DNA from: Moniliella sp. 'wahieum'
Lineage: Eukaryota
Assembly: GCA_003971905.1 (NCBI GenBank)
Contig: RSEE01000034.1
Location: 124,001-188,000 of the forward strand
Direction of reading: 5' to 3'
DNA: 64,000 nucleotides
Shown: one piece after another, positions 11,990 through 24,311 of the stretch
Numbering within the stretch: the stretch's first letter is position 1
How the letters are laid out: each line of letters begins with the position of its first letter
Position numbers and translations under genes: made by a program
Notes under the pieces: generated by a model
The model's database searches: none
Seen by the model: only the letters and a program-made list of their open reading frames with translations
Told to the model about the DNA's origin: nothing

Positions 11990-13115
11990 CTACTTACGGT
12001 GGTAGCGCTGGTCCTCGAGAGCGCGGGCAAACAAAGCGCGTGCTTGGGCCTGCGCTTCGGGCGTACCCACATGATTCTGCGGCGGCGCAGAAAAGTACGG
12101 GGGCGGCATAGCCGGAGGAAGACGAGAAGAGTGCGCAGGATCGGCGGGGGGCGGCTGAAACAAGTGATTGAAATGAATGGGCGCGCCAGGCGGCTCTGGG
12201 GGACGCGGCACACTGGGTTGGGCTGGAACGTTCTTCTTCTTGGGCGCCTTGCGTGCACCGCCCTTCTTCGCTTGAGGCCTCGGCGCCGGACTAGGCTCCA
12301 TAGGAATAGCACCGCCCGGGTGGTGCATAGGCGGGCGGTGCCCTGGCGGGGCCTGCTCCACTCCACCAAGAGGAAGTGCCATAGACATGTACAAACCCTG
12401 CTGCCCCTGCCCAATGGTGTGCGGGCCAGGGGGAAGCGCGGTAAGTGAAGACGGGGGCAACGCCGAAGGGGGGAAATGCATCCCGGGGTGGCCAAGGTTC
12501 GGGTCCGAAGGCGGCTGGGCCGCGAGAGCGGAAGCATGCTGCGCGTGCGCAATGCTCTCGTCAGGGGCTTGTTCCTCCACGCGAGACGAGCGATGGGCCT
12601 TGTAGATGTGCTGGCTCAGTGCATGACGATTCTGCGCCGTGTAAGGGCAGTACTCGCACCGGTGAGGGCGATCAGCCGTGTGAACACGCATGTGCCACTG
12701 CAAAGCCGGCGGAGAGCGAACGGTTCGCGCACAAATGGGACACGTCACGCCACCCACGGGGGTGGAAGAGGCTTTGGAAGAGTAGCCTCGACCGCGTGGC
12801 GCCTTCTGCCCCGGCTGGCCGTTGGCGCGCTCGGCGCGCGTCGGTTGCTGACCGAGTTGGGGTTCCGGTCGCGATGATGCTTGTACATGTGTTGGTGGAG
12901 CGCGTGACGCGTAGGCCCGGAGTAATCAGAGCACAGAGGACAAGGGAAGGGGCGATCGCCCTGGTGCGAGCGCATGTGCCATTGGAGCGCGGGGGGGGAG
13001 CGCACGTGGCGGCCGCACACGTTGCAAATGTATGGCCCAGCGGTGGTGGAAGGCGAAGTTCCGGGCGGAGCACTTCCGTTTGCGCCACCATCCATGTTGG
13101 GGGGATGGCCGACAT
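11990..13115 (-). CDS. C2H2 zinc-finger transcription factor (4 fingers in two similar pairs, Pro-rich C-terminus); two apparent homopolymer frameshifts
   Basis: CNVC...HMRSH-QGDRPFPCPLC...HMYKH and CPIC...HMRVH-TADRPHRCEYC...HIYKAH. Adding one C in the runs at ~13100 and ~12760 gives a single ORF. Confidence 0.85.
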
Positions 13116-13445
13116 GACTTGGAGGACGGGCACGGACAGGGGCGACGCGCTCGAGCCGTTGGATGGTGGAAGGGGGGAGCGCAGACGCGCGGTCGAACCC
13201 AAGCCCCCAACCGCACGGCAACCCTAGCACAGCATGACGCGTAACGTAATCACCGATGCAAATGCTGGGCTGAGCCTCAGCGCGGAGGCTCAGCTGAGCC
13301 CGAGGGGAAAGGAAGAAAAAAACATGTGACGCGCACGCGAGTAAAGCGGACGCCGTTCACGTGCAGGGCTGGGCGCCTTACGTCACCTGGTCAGCTGCGC
13401 CACCGCGGCCATTGGGATTATCGAAAGGAGCGCACCACCACCGCC

Positions 13446-15431
13446 ATGGCCGAGGAGCGTGCGACGCTCGATGATTCGCACTTTGACGTACTTCTCGTCG
13501 GCACTGATCTTCCCACTGCCATAACGGGTGCTGCACTGGCCCACGCCGGCTTGCGTGCACTCCACATCGACCCCCAGCCGTACTATGGGGGGGATTGGGC
13601 CAGCTTGACTTTGACCGAACTTGCCCAATGGGTTTCTCACCGGCCTGCTGCTGCTCAGGCCTCGGTTTGTTTTCCATACTTTCGCACACCAGATGGAGCC
13701 CCCACGGAGATTCCATCCGCGCTCCAGCGTTTGGACCGTCAGTTCAGCATTGCCCTCACGCCCACGCTGTTGGCCAGCCGCGGTCTAGGTATCGACACGC
13801 TCGTTAAGAGCAATGTGGCTCAGTACAGCACCTTCCGCCTGCTTGAACTCACTGCGTTGGTGTCCAACACTGCACCACCAAGTTTGCGGAAAGTTCCAAG
13901 CAGCAAAGAGGACGTGTTTAAGGACCGCTCGCTATCGCTCATTGAGAAGCGCAAGCTGATGAAATTCCTCCAGCATGTCTCTTCTCTCGCCTCCGAGTTT
14001 GGTGGAGATGTAGCGGCGATTGAGCAGCAAGCTGCGAAGGATCCGTCCTTGATTCCAGATCAGCCATTTGACGTTTACCTACGCTCTCAGTTTGGCTTCC
14101 CCGACGGCTTGGTGGTCCCCCTGCTGTATGGCATTGGGATGGCCCCCTGGGATGGGAATGACGAGCTCCACCCCTCGCTGTCAGCCCGCGAGGGGATTCT
14201 CCGCGTCGCTTCCCATTTCTAGCACAGGCCGATATGGGAACAGTGCGTATCTAGTTGGCCAATATGGTGGCGCAGGCGAGATGGTCCAAGGTTATGCCCG
14301 CTCGGCCGCAGTCAAGGGAACCTTGTTCATGCTGTGGGTGTCAGATCGAGTCGTTGTCCCGCGCCGAGCTTTCAGATCAAGTCAAAGGAAAGAACGCCGT
14401 TTGGAAGGCCGAGATCAGTTCGGTGCAGGGTCCGATTACTGCCGATTGGGTCGTTGGGGCGCCCAGCCTTACCCATGGCGCAAATGCCACTTATGCCGTT
14501 ACGTCGTCCATGGGAACTGTTGCCCGTGGGATCGTTTTGCTTGACCGGCCGGTAGACTTTGCTGGAATGTTGGCTGCTGGGGCAGCTCCCGCCCCGACGC
14601 CATCTAGCATGACGGAAGGGACTGGTGTTTCAACGGCAGGCAAAACGTACGAGACGGCTTTATTGGTGATCCCACCTTCAGCGGAGGGTCACACTGCCTG
14701 CAACATTCTTGTAATGGGGGAAGGGACGTTCAGCTGCCCCAAGGGGACATACTTGTACTACCTCACCCAGTACCTTCCAAGTCTTCCTGCTCCAGATGAG
14801 ACGCCAGAACGGATGTTGCGCCCCTACGTGGAAATGCTTTTACATTGGGCTGCACCTTCCCCTCCCGAATGGAAACCTCCCGATCCTGAAGTTTCCACTT
14901 CAGCTCCCGTGGTGGGGCCAGCGCAGGTACCCGAGAAATCGGATGATTTGACGCCTATTCCTTCATCCGAGCCCGTCCCGCTTTTCGAAGCGTTTTACTG
15001 GCAACCGAGTGTGGCTTCAACTGAGGAGAGTGCTCCCAGTGAACACTTTGTTCCGTTGACGTTCCCTCCTGTCCCTAGGGAGATGGTCGGTCCGGCTCTG
15101 CCTCCCTCTCTGGCCGAGATAACTGATCGTGCCGCCGAAGTTGCTGAAGATGCATTCTGGTACATCTTGGGTCATGAAGAAGTTACTTCGTCTCAGCCTA
15201 CTGCCGCCACCTCGATCCAAGCCAAGGAGATGGGCCAGCGACTAAGGGTGCGTGCCCAGCTCAAAGCCCAACGCCGATCCAAGACATGGGAGGGTCGAGA
15301 CGCTGCTGAGTATGCAGGTCGGGCAGGTGTGTTGGAGGGACCTTCGGATGGGTCTGACGCTCCCACATCAGACGGGATCAACTGGGACGAGGTGGTAGAG
15401 TTTCCCTCCAAAACAGGAGGAAGAGGTATAA
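13446..15431 (+). CDS. Rab escort protein (REP / Rab geranylgeranyltransferase component A, GDI family, MRS6-like); apparent frameshifts
   Basis: FDVLLVGT..AALAHAG.RALHID..PYYGG.WASL, KVPSSKEDVFKD..LSLIEKRKLMKFL, STGRYGNSAYL..QYGGAGE..QG.AR.AAV.G and SCPKG. Frame changes near 14220, 14337 and possibly 15400. Confidence 0.85.
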
Positions 15432-15527
15432 CATGTAACACCCTATCTGCACTAATCAAGGGGTGTACACAGATGCAATGCCAGATAACTAACGGTAGGT
15501 GATGTGTATAGCATACCAATCCAGCCG

Positions 15528-16932
15528 CTACGCGTCTTGGTTGTTTTTGGGCTTCTCAGCGGAAACCTCCTCGCTAGTCTTAGTGGCAGAGTTTTTTTCG
15601 CGTCCTCGGCACGTTGCAGCTCCTCGGCCAATTGTTCGCGCAAAGAACGGGATGGGTTGGCCTCGGCCGCAGCTTGGCCCCCCTCAGTCGCCGGTACGGT
15701 ATGAGCGAGAGAAGAGGGCAGAATAGGCTTCACGACGCCCGTTCCCAAACGAGCCCGAACAGCAGGGTTCGAGAGGATCAGCGTCTGCAGTGCGGTAAAC
15801 ACGGCGTTGGTCGCCCAACATCAGTAACACCGCCGCCGGGAAGTTAGTTAGAGGAACAGTGGAGACAAGAGGAGCGCACCCCGAACAATGTTGCGGGTCA
15901 TCTGAGCCATTGGCTGGTTCTCCTTCGACACCGCGTGGGTCGCCGACGACAACTCCATCGACAGCAGTTGGCTGGCAGCAGTGGCGACGGGCAGGATGAG
16001 GTAGGGATCCGGAACGGTCAAGTTGGGGAACCAAAGAGCGCCGCCTGTCACCATAGACGCCAGCCCAGCGTGCGCCATGTAGTCAAACGCAAAGAAGAGC
16101 GTAAGGAAGATGGGCATGTTAAAGACGACGGGCACTAAGGGTGCCAAGGGATTGGCCTTGTTTTGCACCAACAGCAGCTTGACATCCGTTGACGCACGCA
16201 TCATCTGAGCTTGGTCGTTGGTTTGCCGAGCGAGTGTGAGTTGGTTCATGAGGCGTGCCATGTAGGGCTGGATCGCGGCCAAGCGGGCCGAACTCCGCAT
16301 TCCCCGAATCATGACAGGCAGTAGCGCCAGCTTGGCAGTCACCACAGCACCCACAATCACCTGCCACCAAGGCAGGCCGGTGGAGACAGCGACCCACTCG
16401 AGCAATTGCTGCATGTACGGCACTGTGAGCCACCCGTTGGGAAGACCAGCGGCAGCGAACTCGCTTACCCTGTCGGTAATCCCAGTGTCTACTGCGGCTT
16501 GGGCCACCTCCACTGCCTCTTGCATGGAAGAAGCAGTGTCGGGAGCAAGCGACGTGAAAGTGTCGGATGCGCCAGACACAGCTCCACCTTGCAGGGTGTC
16601 GGGGCAGTGGCCACGGCGCTGGCTGCGCCAAGGGCATCGCCAGGGACGGCGTCACCGACAGCGAGCGAGTCTTCAGGGAGAAAAGGGTCCGAAGTGGGCG
16701 CCGCCTTCTCCTTATTGGAGGACGACCAAAGCGAGAAGGAGCGAGAGGCCGGGATGGAGGCCAGAGTCGCGAGCGGCGTCCGGGTGGGGATGGGACGGGA
16801 CGAGGGCAGAGAGTGGAAGAGCGACGGGGACCGATACGCAAGAGACCGTGCGAGTCCTGATGCGGGCGGGGGCCGAAGCGAGGGCTTGGCGTGCGCGGCC
16901 GGGCGGAGGAGGCGGAGAGCGGCGGTCGACAT
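15528..16932 (-). CDS. OXA1: Mitochondrial inner-membrane insertase Oxa1 (YidC/Oxa1 family); apparent frameshifts
   Basis: Arg/Ser-rich presequence MSTAALRLLR; TGLPWWQVIV..KLALLP, GGALWFPNLTVPDPYLILP and FPAAVLL.WATN..FT.LQ. Confidence 0.88.
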
Positions 16933-17023
16933 TTGGTTGTCCTCCACACTGGCAAGCGTCCAAGAAGCAGGTGAGAAGGGAGGCGGCGCACCAAAGAAGT
17001 CCGTCTTGGGAGGTGCAAATGGG

Positions 17024-17111
17024 CATTGAACATTGCACATTGAACATTGCACATTGAACATTGAACATTGAACATTGAACATTGAACACTGCATCACCAT
17101 GATGCATGATG
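17024..17111. repeat. Heptamer microsatellite (CATTGAA/CATTGCA) x~10 followed by (CATGATG)x2, in the Oxa1 upstream region
   Basis: Read directly from the sequence. Confidence 0.95.
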
Positions 17112-18027
17112 TGCATGGTGGCTGCTGCGACTGGGTGGCTGAGCGCGGAATCCTAGTCAAACGCGGAATCACTGGCTGAGCTCAGCGCAGGCCCTGAGCG
17201 CGGAGGACTGGATGTCGCGCGACATCTGGGAGGCCCAAAGCTTAATACACGCCCGAGCACCTGCTGGGTCCTGGGTGCGTACGTAGGCCACAGCGCCTTA
17301 TCATGTCGGCAGTGTACCACCCTTCTGTCCCCTCTTTGCTCTCCGACGCCTGCACGTGTCTGCACCGCGGACCTCTTCCAGCCTCCCTCTCTGCTTCGGG
17401 GGGTTGGCACCTCTTGCATATGAGCCCTGAGGCCGAGACCTCAATAACCCACCACATTGCTTTGCGTTGCTTCTCCAGAGGTTCTCTACCACCCAACTCT
17501 CCCCTGGGTTCCTCTGTGGTCTTGTGGCGCATTCTCCAGGACCAATCGATAGCCAAGACGGATAGCCGGTAACTTTACCCGGTAGTCGTAAGCTCAGGCA
17601 GCCACATTTTGCCCATGGGCCTGAGAAGGCTGTCTTGCCACTGCGCACGAACTATGCATGTGATCCGCGGTGCATTGATCAGTCGATGAGACCCGCAGGC
17701 CCCCAGCCTCTCAGCGCCGGAAGCCCGCAACGATTTCCGAGTACCCTCTAGGACCGACCCTACTCACCCACCCCCTGTGCGGCCAACACCCCAGTCCCTC
17801 TCGCTCTACACCCTTGAAGCCGGCCCTACCGGCGTCGATAACGCCGCGCTCTCCCACCCACCCCTCCTTGTCCATTCGATCTGCCCAGCCAAACCACGTG
17901 CAAACCCCCTCCCTTTCATCTGCTGCTCTGCCTCTCATCGCTATCGCCTCTTGGTGCTTTCCCCCCGCCTTCCCCCCCCGTTGCCTTTGCACCTCCCCAA
18001 CAGCATTCGCCCAGCAGACAATCCCCA

Positions 18028-19739
18028 ATGGGCGCGCTTCTTTCTCAGCCAAGCGCACAGGACAACCGTCCGCGGCTGTCCACCCGAGGACAGGCCCATG
18101 CGGATCGCTTCCCCCCTATCCTCAGTACGTTTGAGCCCATGATAACACTGCATCGTTCACAGCCACTGACGTACCTCCTGACCTCCAGTGGACAAAATTG
18201 AGAAGCTAATGATGAACCCCTACGATGCGTGACCAACAAGACCGGAATTGTTAGCATGGGCATCGCCAACAACAGCTTGCTTGCTGCGGAGCTCCTCAGC
18301 TACCTCAACTCCCATCTCAGCCTGAAGCCTGAAGACCTCACCTAGTAAGTGCCCCACCCTTTGCTTTATACTTGTTCAGCCACTCACCTCGTTTACCGCC
18401 TTACCGTGCTAGTGGGACCTCCATGGTCGGATCCGTCCGTCTCTTTGCAGCGCTATGTGACTTGTACAACACCGATCACTTTGGCCCGCCCATTACACCT
18501 GTGCTTCCCAAACACATTATCACCGGACCAGGAGCGACCAGTCTCCTAGACCAACTTGGGAACGTACGTGCACCCCTCTTCTTGCCCAACGAATGATGCT
18601 GACGATGCAACGCATCAGGCCTTGCTCGACGACAAGGAGAGCCTGCTGATCGCTGCGCCTCTGTACAATGGCTTTTTTGAAGATATTGCGACCCGTGCTG
18701 GTGGGGTTGTGCGTCCCGTTCATGCCCCTGGAGGTGAGAAAGAGGAGTACGCACCCTCTTCCTTCTCGGGGGCAACTGCCCTTCGGGGGTTCGACGAAGA
18801 ATTGGCGAAATGTACCAAGATTGGTTCGCCAGCACGTGCTGTACTTCTTTGCAATCCTCAAAACCCTGTTGGAAGGTGCTACGACCGGGAGGCAATTGTG
18901 GCTTATGTACGTCTTTCTCTTGTGACTCACTTTGTCTACAGACAGACGATCTAACCAACGAGATCCACCCGGTATTGTTTTGACAGGGAAAATGGTGTGA
19001 AAAGCACAACCTTTTCTTAATTGTGGATGAAATCTACGCTTTGAGCGTTTTCGCTGGCTCCACTCCCTTTATCTCAGCGCTCAGCATCGACTGGACCGCC
19101 GAAGGCGTGTCTCCTGCCCGAATTATTGTCGTGACGGGTATGTCGAAAGACTTTGGCGCCAACGGTCTACGAATTGGCGTAGTGATCATCCAGCACAACC
19201 CCGACCTCGTCCGGGCCATTAAGGATACAGACAAGCTCACTATGATCAGCAGTGCCTCGGACGCTCTCTGGTCCAAGATGCTCACCGATACCAACTTCTT
19301 TTCGTGGTACGTGGCAGAGAACCGGATTCGCTTGCGGCAAGCGTACGAGACTGCGTGTGACTGGTGCAAGGGACACAATGTGCCCTACATCCCCTCTCAC
19401 GCTGGGCATTTTATGCTGGTTGATTTCTCCCGACACCTTGACCTAAGCGCCGAAGACGAGGTTGGGCGCTTGGTCACCCCTCAGGAAGCGGAGCAAAACT
19501 TGTGGAACAAAGTGCGTATCGACCATTTCCCAGTTGACCAAAAGGTTGCCAATGCAGGTTTTAGCTCAGCACTAACTATTTCCTTCCAGTTCATTGATAT
19601 GGGCGTGCTGGTCAACAACGGAGGCCTTTACGCATGCTGCCGCCCGGGTATGTTCCGGCTCACGTTTGCTCTTGACCCAGAGACGATGAAAGAGGGGCTG
19701 TCGAGAATCGAAGCCACGTTGAAGTGCAGCAGCGCGTAG
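18028..19739 (+). CDS. PLP-dependent class I/II aminotransferase, ACC-synthase-like; 5 introns
   Basis: LSTRG, NPYD..TNKTGIVSMGIANN, LCNPQNPVGRCY, LIVDEIYALS and GMSKDFGANGLRIG (PLP lysine). GT-AG introns at ~18125-18188, 18345-18412, 18564-18618, 18907-18986 and 19512-19589. 1-bp shift near 18228. Confidence 0.88.
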
Positions 19740-20517
19740 TGCTTGAGCACAACGCCCACGTCTTATCCGACGCCTCTTGCAGCTCAGTTTACAGTTTGCC
19801 TCCCTGCCCACCCATTCGGCTATGTACATCCTCCGAACTTTTTGTCTATATCATTCTTCGTCCCATTTTTGTGGTTGGCATTGGCGGCGTAAAAAGGACA
19901 GAACGAACGAAAAAGAGCAGACTTATGGCTCATTTATATAGCATCTGGTCGGGGAACGTACTCAACTACCCCCCGTTCACGGCGTCACAAGCAAGCTGCT
20001 GAGCTGATGGTCAACACCGTCGGCGGTTGCCAGCGTTGTCAGTGTGGCCTTTGTTACTATACTATTGTCACGATGCCTGCCGCAATAATTCAGATCATCA
20101 TATGGATGCCAGCCATATTGTATCCCGCTATACATACACCAGCGCATCAGCTTCAACAACCTGGGGGTGGCCCTGAGCCCGGTCCTGAGTTTGGAAGTAG
20201 GGTCCCAGCATTAAAAGCAGCTCAAGCCTCCCCATAGACGCGACATCAGAGATCCCAATATATGCAACTCTAAACTTCCGATCCTGGCGGAGTCGAGGTG
20301 TTGCACATGCGGAAGGGGTAGAAACTGTCCCTGATCCTGCAGTCGTGACTGTGGGCACCAGTGTGTTAACAAGGTGGTATATGGGCCATTCTTTGAGGGC
20401 GAAACGGCGACGACAAAATCCGATCGGCACCACGAGACGGAACAGATCTGCGGAACTCGGCAGGGACATCATCGATCCATCATCATGTATTACCGCCCCT
20501 AGTTGTGTTGACAGCAA

Positions 20518-20585
20518 TGAAGCTTCAAACAAGCTTCAAGCTTCAAGCTCTTCAAGCCTCAAGGGCCTCAAGCCTCAACTTGAGG
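20518..20585. repeat. CTTCAAG/CCTCAAG heptamer cluster
   Basis: tgaagcttcaaacaagcttcaagcttcaagctcttcaagcctcaag...cctcaacttgagg. Confidence 0.85.
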
Positions 20586-20730
20586 TGCATAATGCCAGTA
20601 CAGATCTATGCGGCCATCGCAGGGCAGTGGGAAGATCGCTGAAGAGATATTGCCGAAATCGTATTCACATTGTTTGATCACTGCAAGCATCGAGGAGGGG
20701 CGGGCGGAGACGAAGAACGGCAACGGTGAC

Positions 20731-20780
20731 TGTCACGTGTGAAGTTTATGATTTCTGTCACGTGTGAAGTTTATGATTTC
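20731..20780. repeat. Exact 25-bp tandem duplication containing CACGTG
   Basis: tgtcacgtgtgaagtttatgatttc x2. Confidence 0.95.
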
Positions 20781-23712
20781 TTTTTTTTCCTCACCAATTT
20801 CACCCAATGGCCGCGAAGGTATTTGGGAGAGGAGAGAGCAGTCGATCGTCAGTGGTTCCCACTGACGGGCAGACCACGTGTATACCATTCTGTAATGCAT
20901 GTAACTCGTTATCAACCGAACGCTCAAGATCCCCACACAGATCAACCCCTTCGAAGATACCGTCCATATACATCGTACACACAGGAAGCGCGCATCCGCT
21001 ACTTTCAGAGTGATAACATACGCAGACCCTTCCCTGCTCCACCTTGAGATCTGCGAGCCTCTCTGTTCTCCCCCTAATGTGACAGACAAGTGTAACAAAT
21101 GCTTTGTCGGCATGGTTTAACTATTAATGGAAAGGTTATATACTCCACCCTGGTATTGCAAAGGCACCATTTGCATCATCTTCTCTTCCACACAGCAGTA
21201 CCACATCATACGGGTGTGTTTTAACTTTGTTTGTGTGGGCCACCTTAGCTGCACGGGCTTCACAAGGGTTCAACGTTCACAGCAAGCTCTCCGTCGAATA
21301 ACATACTTAGTAGTCTGTCTCATCGGCATCCTCCATCCAAAACAATAATGAAGGGGTACCATACGTGGAATCCAGATTTGCGAGTAAGCGCGTAGTCCCC
21401 GCCAGCCCGTCCTCTGCTCTTTTGCCTCGTATAGTCAATCCCGTGATGCATGCATGATGAGAGACCTGTCAACATGTCAAAGTGTTTAGCAAGCCTCCTT
21501 GCACAAGTCACTGAATCCAAATGAGATGCCTAGGACACACCCTGTAGAAGGGCAAGCTGCCTCTCGAGTCCCTCTCTCTACCAGATATAGGGAAACGTTC
21601 TATGAGTGTACAGAGGACATGACTGGTATTTGGCACTATATTTAAATGGGTCAATCAACTCTTCTTCTTGCCTCGTATCTACACACTGCGGCATCCCTAT
21701 GCGTCTTCCTCATACACCTCCTCGAATTCGTTCCCCCCTCCCTACCGGCAAGGGCGTTCTCCAGGATTGTCATGAGGATTTCAGTTGTGCGCCATTAGGA
21801 GCACCCTTCCACCAAAAAATGCTTCCACCTGATCCCCATTACAATGCCTGCCCTATGATCCGAACGTATGTATGCACACAACGCACTCTTTCCCCTGGGC
21901 ACACCTTTTCTGATTCTCCGCTTTAGCTTCTCCATTCCAGTTCCTACCCATTCACAGTTCTTGGCCCAACAAGCAATGGGCAAGGTGGAACCGACGGCAA
22001 CTTTCGAACAGCCTTACACGATCGCGAACACTTCAGGTGCAACTTTGGACGGACCCAATAACAGCATCGTGCCAACAGAGCCAGGATCCGCCTCCCCCCA
22101 TCCAGCTACTTCTTCGGCCCTTGGGTATTGGGGGGTGACGGTGACGAAGCGGACGCCCATTCCTCTTCCATGCCTGGGCTTGAGATGCCTTCTTCTTTGG
22201 CAAGCCGATCCTCATCCGCTGGCACAGCATGCTCCACTCCCTCCATCTCTACCCCAGGCAGTACCCTCTATCAACGTTCTACTTTTTTGGCAGGAGAAGT
22301 GATCAAGCAAGACGTGCCCTTTATCAACGAATCGTTCGCTGAGGCTGGGTACTTTGCATTCCCTGCTCTTCCGTCTTCCACGAACCGAATGACCAGTAAC
22401 GCATGAGTAAGACCAGCACATCTTTTCCATCTTCCTCTCATACTTCTTACAGTCACTTCCCGAGTAATTCATCATTGTGAGGTTCTCCCACCACAGGCAT
22501 CAATCATCATGGCATCCCCTATCATTCTGTGTGATAGAGTCCGGAGCTGATCACATTCGTTTTCTTCTTCGCGGCCCCGCCATACCGTACTGCGGCTTAT
22601 AAGGGGGGCACAACGTCAATGAAATACGGAGCTTATTGACGTGTTCCTCATCCGCCGTCAAGGCTAGCAAACCCGAATTTTCCTCCCAAGTGGCATTGCG
22701 GAGGCAGCTATCCAAAATGGCGCCAGTAGCAGGTATAATGGTAGTGCTGAGGTCCTGACACGCGTTCATAGGTGCCGAGAGCTGGCAAATCGTGAACCAC
22801 ATCTGCTGACGTTTCTCGCTCTCAAAGCCATCCTTTCGGCCATCTCGAGAGCCAACAGGCAACCTGGGTTCCAATGGGGCTAAAGACCGAGGCGATTGGA
22901 GAAGGTGGTACCATGGTCGCCAACTGAGAGGTGGACGGGCTTGTCGCTACCATCGGGCGGACGCGATAGATGTTTTTGGTACGTGTGCCAGGCTTCGGCC
23001 ACGTCTGGATTCTTGGCACAGTGAGCACCAGTCACTCTCGTGCACATCCAAGTCAGATCCAGCCCCCAAAGGGTAGGAGGAGGGCATGGAAGGTGGTTTC
23101 GCGGAGCAGGCCGGCGCTAGCTCGTTCCACAGGTTTCACCCTATGGGCGCCCGGGCCGCATGCAGGGTGCTGATAAAGAGGTGGGACAGATTTTTTGGCG
23201 TTTTGTTGTTCCAGTCGGCCCATTAACAGTGACGGATCATCAGGCGATCGAGAATATTTTCACCTTGGGGACCCCCCACCCAACATACTCGTTTTCGGTG
23301 GGCAACGCGTCTTGAGTCTTGATAATGTGGTTATATCGCTTGCACAAAGATACTTCTAGGCCTTAAAGAGGGCGCGATGCTCTCCTTTGCTCTTCGCTGC
23401 TCCAGCCACCCAAATTGGTAACACTATATGTGGTCGGAAAGAAAGTCTCACTTTGACATGCAGGCTTTGTGGTTTACGACGAATGAAGGGGCGCCGCCTC
23501 GGTGTTTGAAACAACCAAAGCCATCCGAGAGACGGCATGCTTCCTTGTCTTTTCGGCACCTATCTCTAAGTTCCATATCGGAGGGTGGAAAGAAAAAGTG
23601 CAACCCTACTGCCCCCCCCCCCCCCACCTGCACGTGACGGCTGGGGGGCTGGCTGCGCCAATCATCGGGCATATGACAGAGTCGCGTCGACGCGTCCCTC
23701 CACCCACTTAAA

Positions 23713-24311
23713 ATGCTCCCTACCCGTACTCCCCGCCGGTGCCCCCATTGCGACACCGACGCTCACACTCGCACACGGTGCCCCTTCAATCCACGCCCGC
23801 GGTTGTGCCCCCACTGCCGTCGACCTGGCCACAAGGCTGACGCGGAGCGGTGTAGCAAGTTGAAACAAGCAATTGCGACTCACGGGCTACCTGGTGGATC
23901 CGAGCGAGGAAGAGAAGCCTTTGGGCGTGGAGCCGAGGCGGCTGCACGCGTGGCAAGGCCGCGTATACGCCGGCTGGAGGGTAGTAACGTGTCTGAAACC
24001 TCCGGGGCTCAGAGACGGGTAGATGCAGTGGAGCGGACAGACACTGCCAGGGCTGAGGCATGGCAGTGACTGTGAAAGGAACCCACGCGACATGCTGTGG
24101 TACGGGGAACCGACGCGGCTGATGGAAGGCTCGCGCGACTGGGCAGATGGAAAGCTGGAGGAGGAGGTTGGATGATGAAGATGATGCAGCCAAGTGGAGA
24201 CGAGAGTTTGCCTGTATTACTGAATCAATTGGCTGGAAACGTTCAGGAGTTGGACAGGAAATGCGGGAAGGGAACGAGAATGGAAGGTGGGATAAAGGAT
24301 CCCCACCAATC
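23713..24311 (+). mobile_element. Unclassified repeat family (copy C) preceded by a double zinc-knuckle ORF
   Basis: CPHCDTDAHTRTRC and CPHCRRPGHKADAERC at 23713-23860. 24010-24311 is colinear with 33420-33692 (gaaggctcgcgcga.tgggc..atggaaagctgga...actgaatcaattggctg...aaggatccccac.aatc). Confidence 0.7.
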
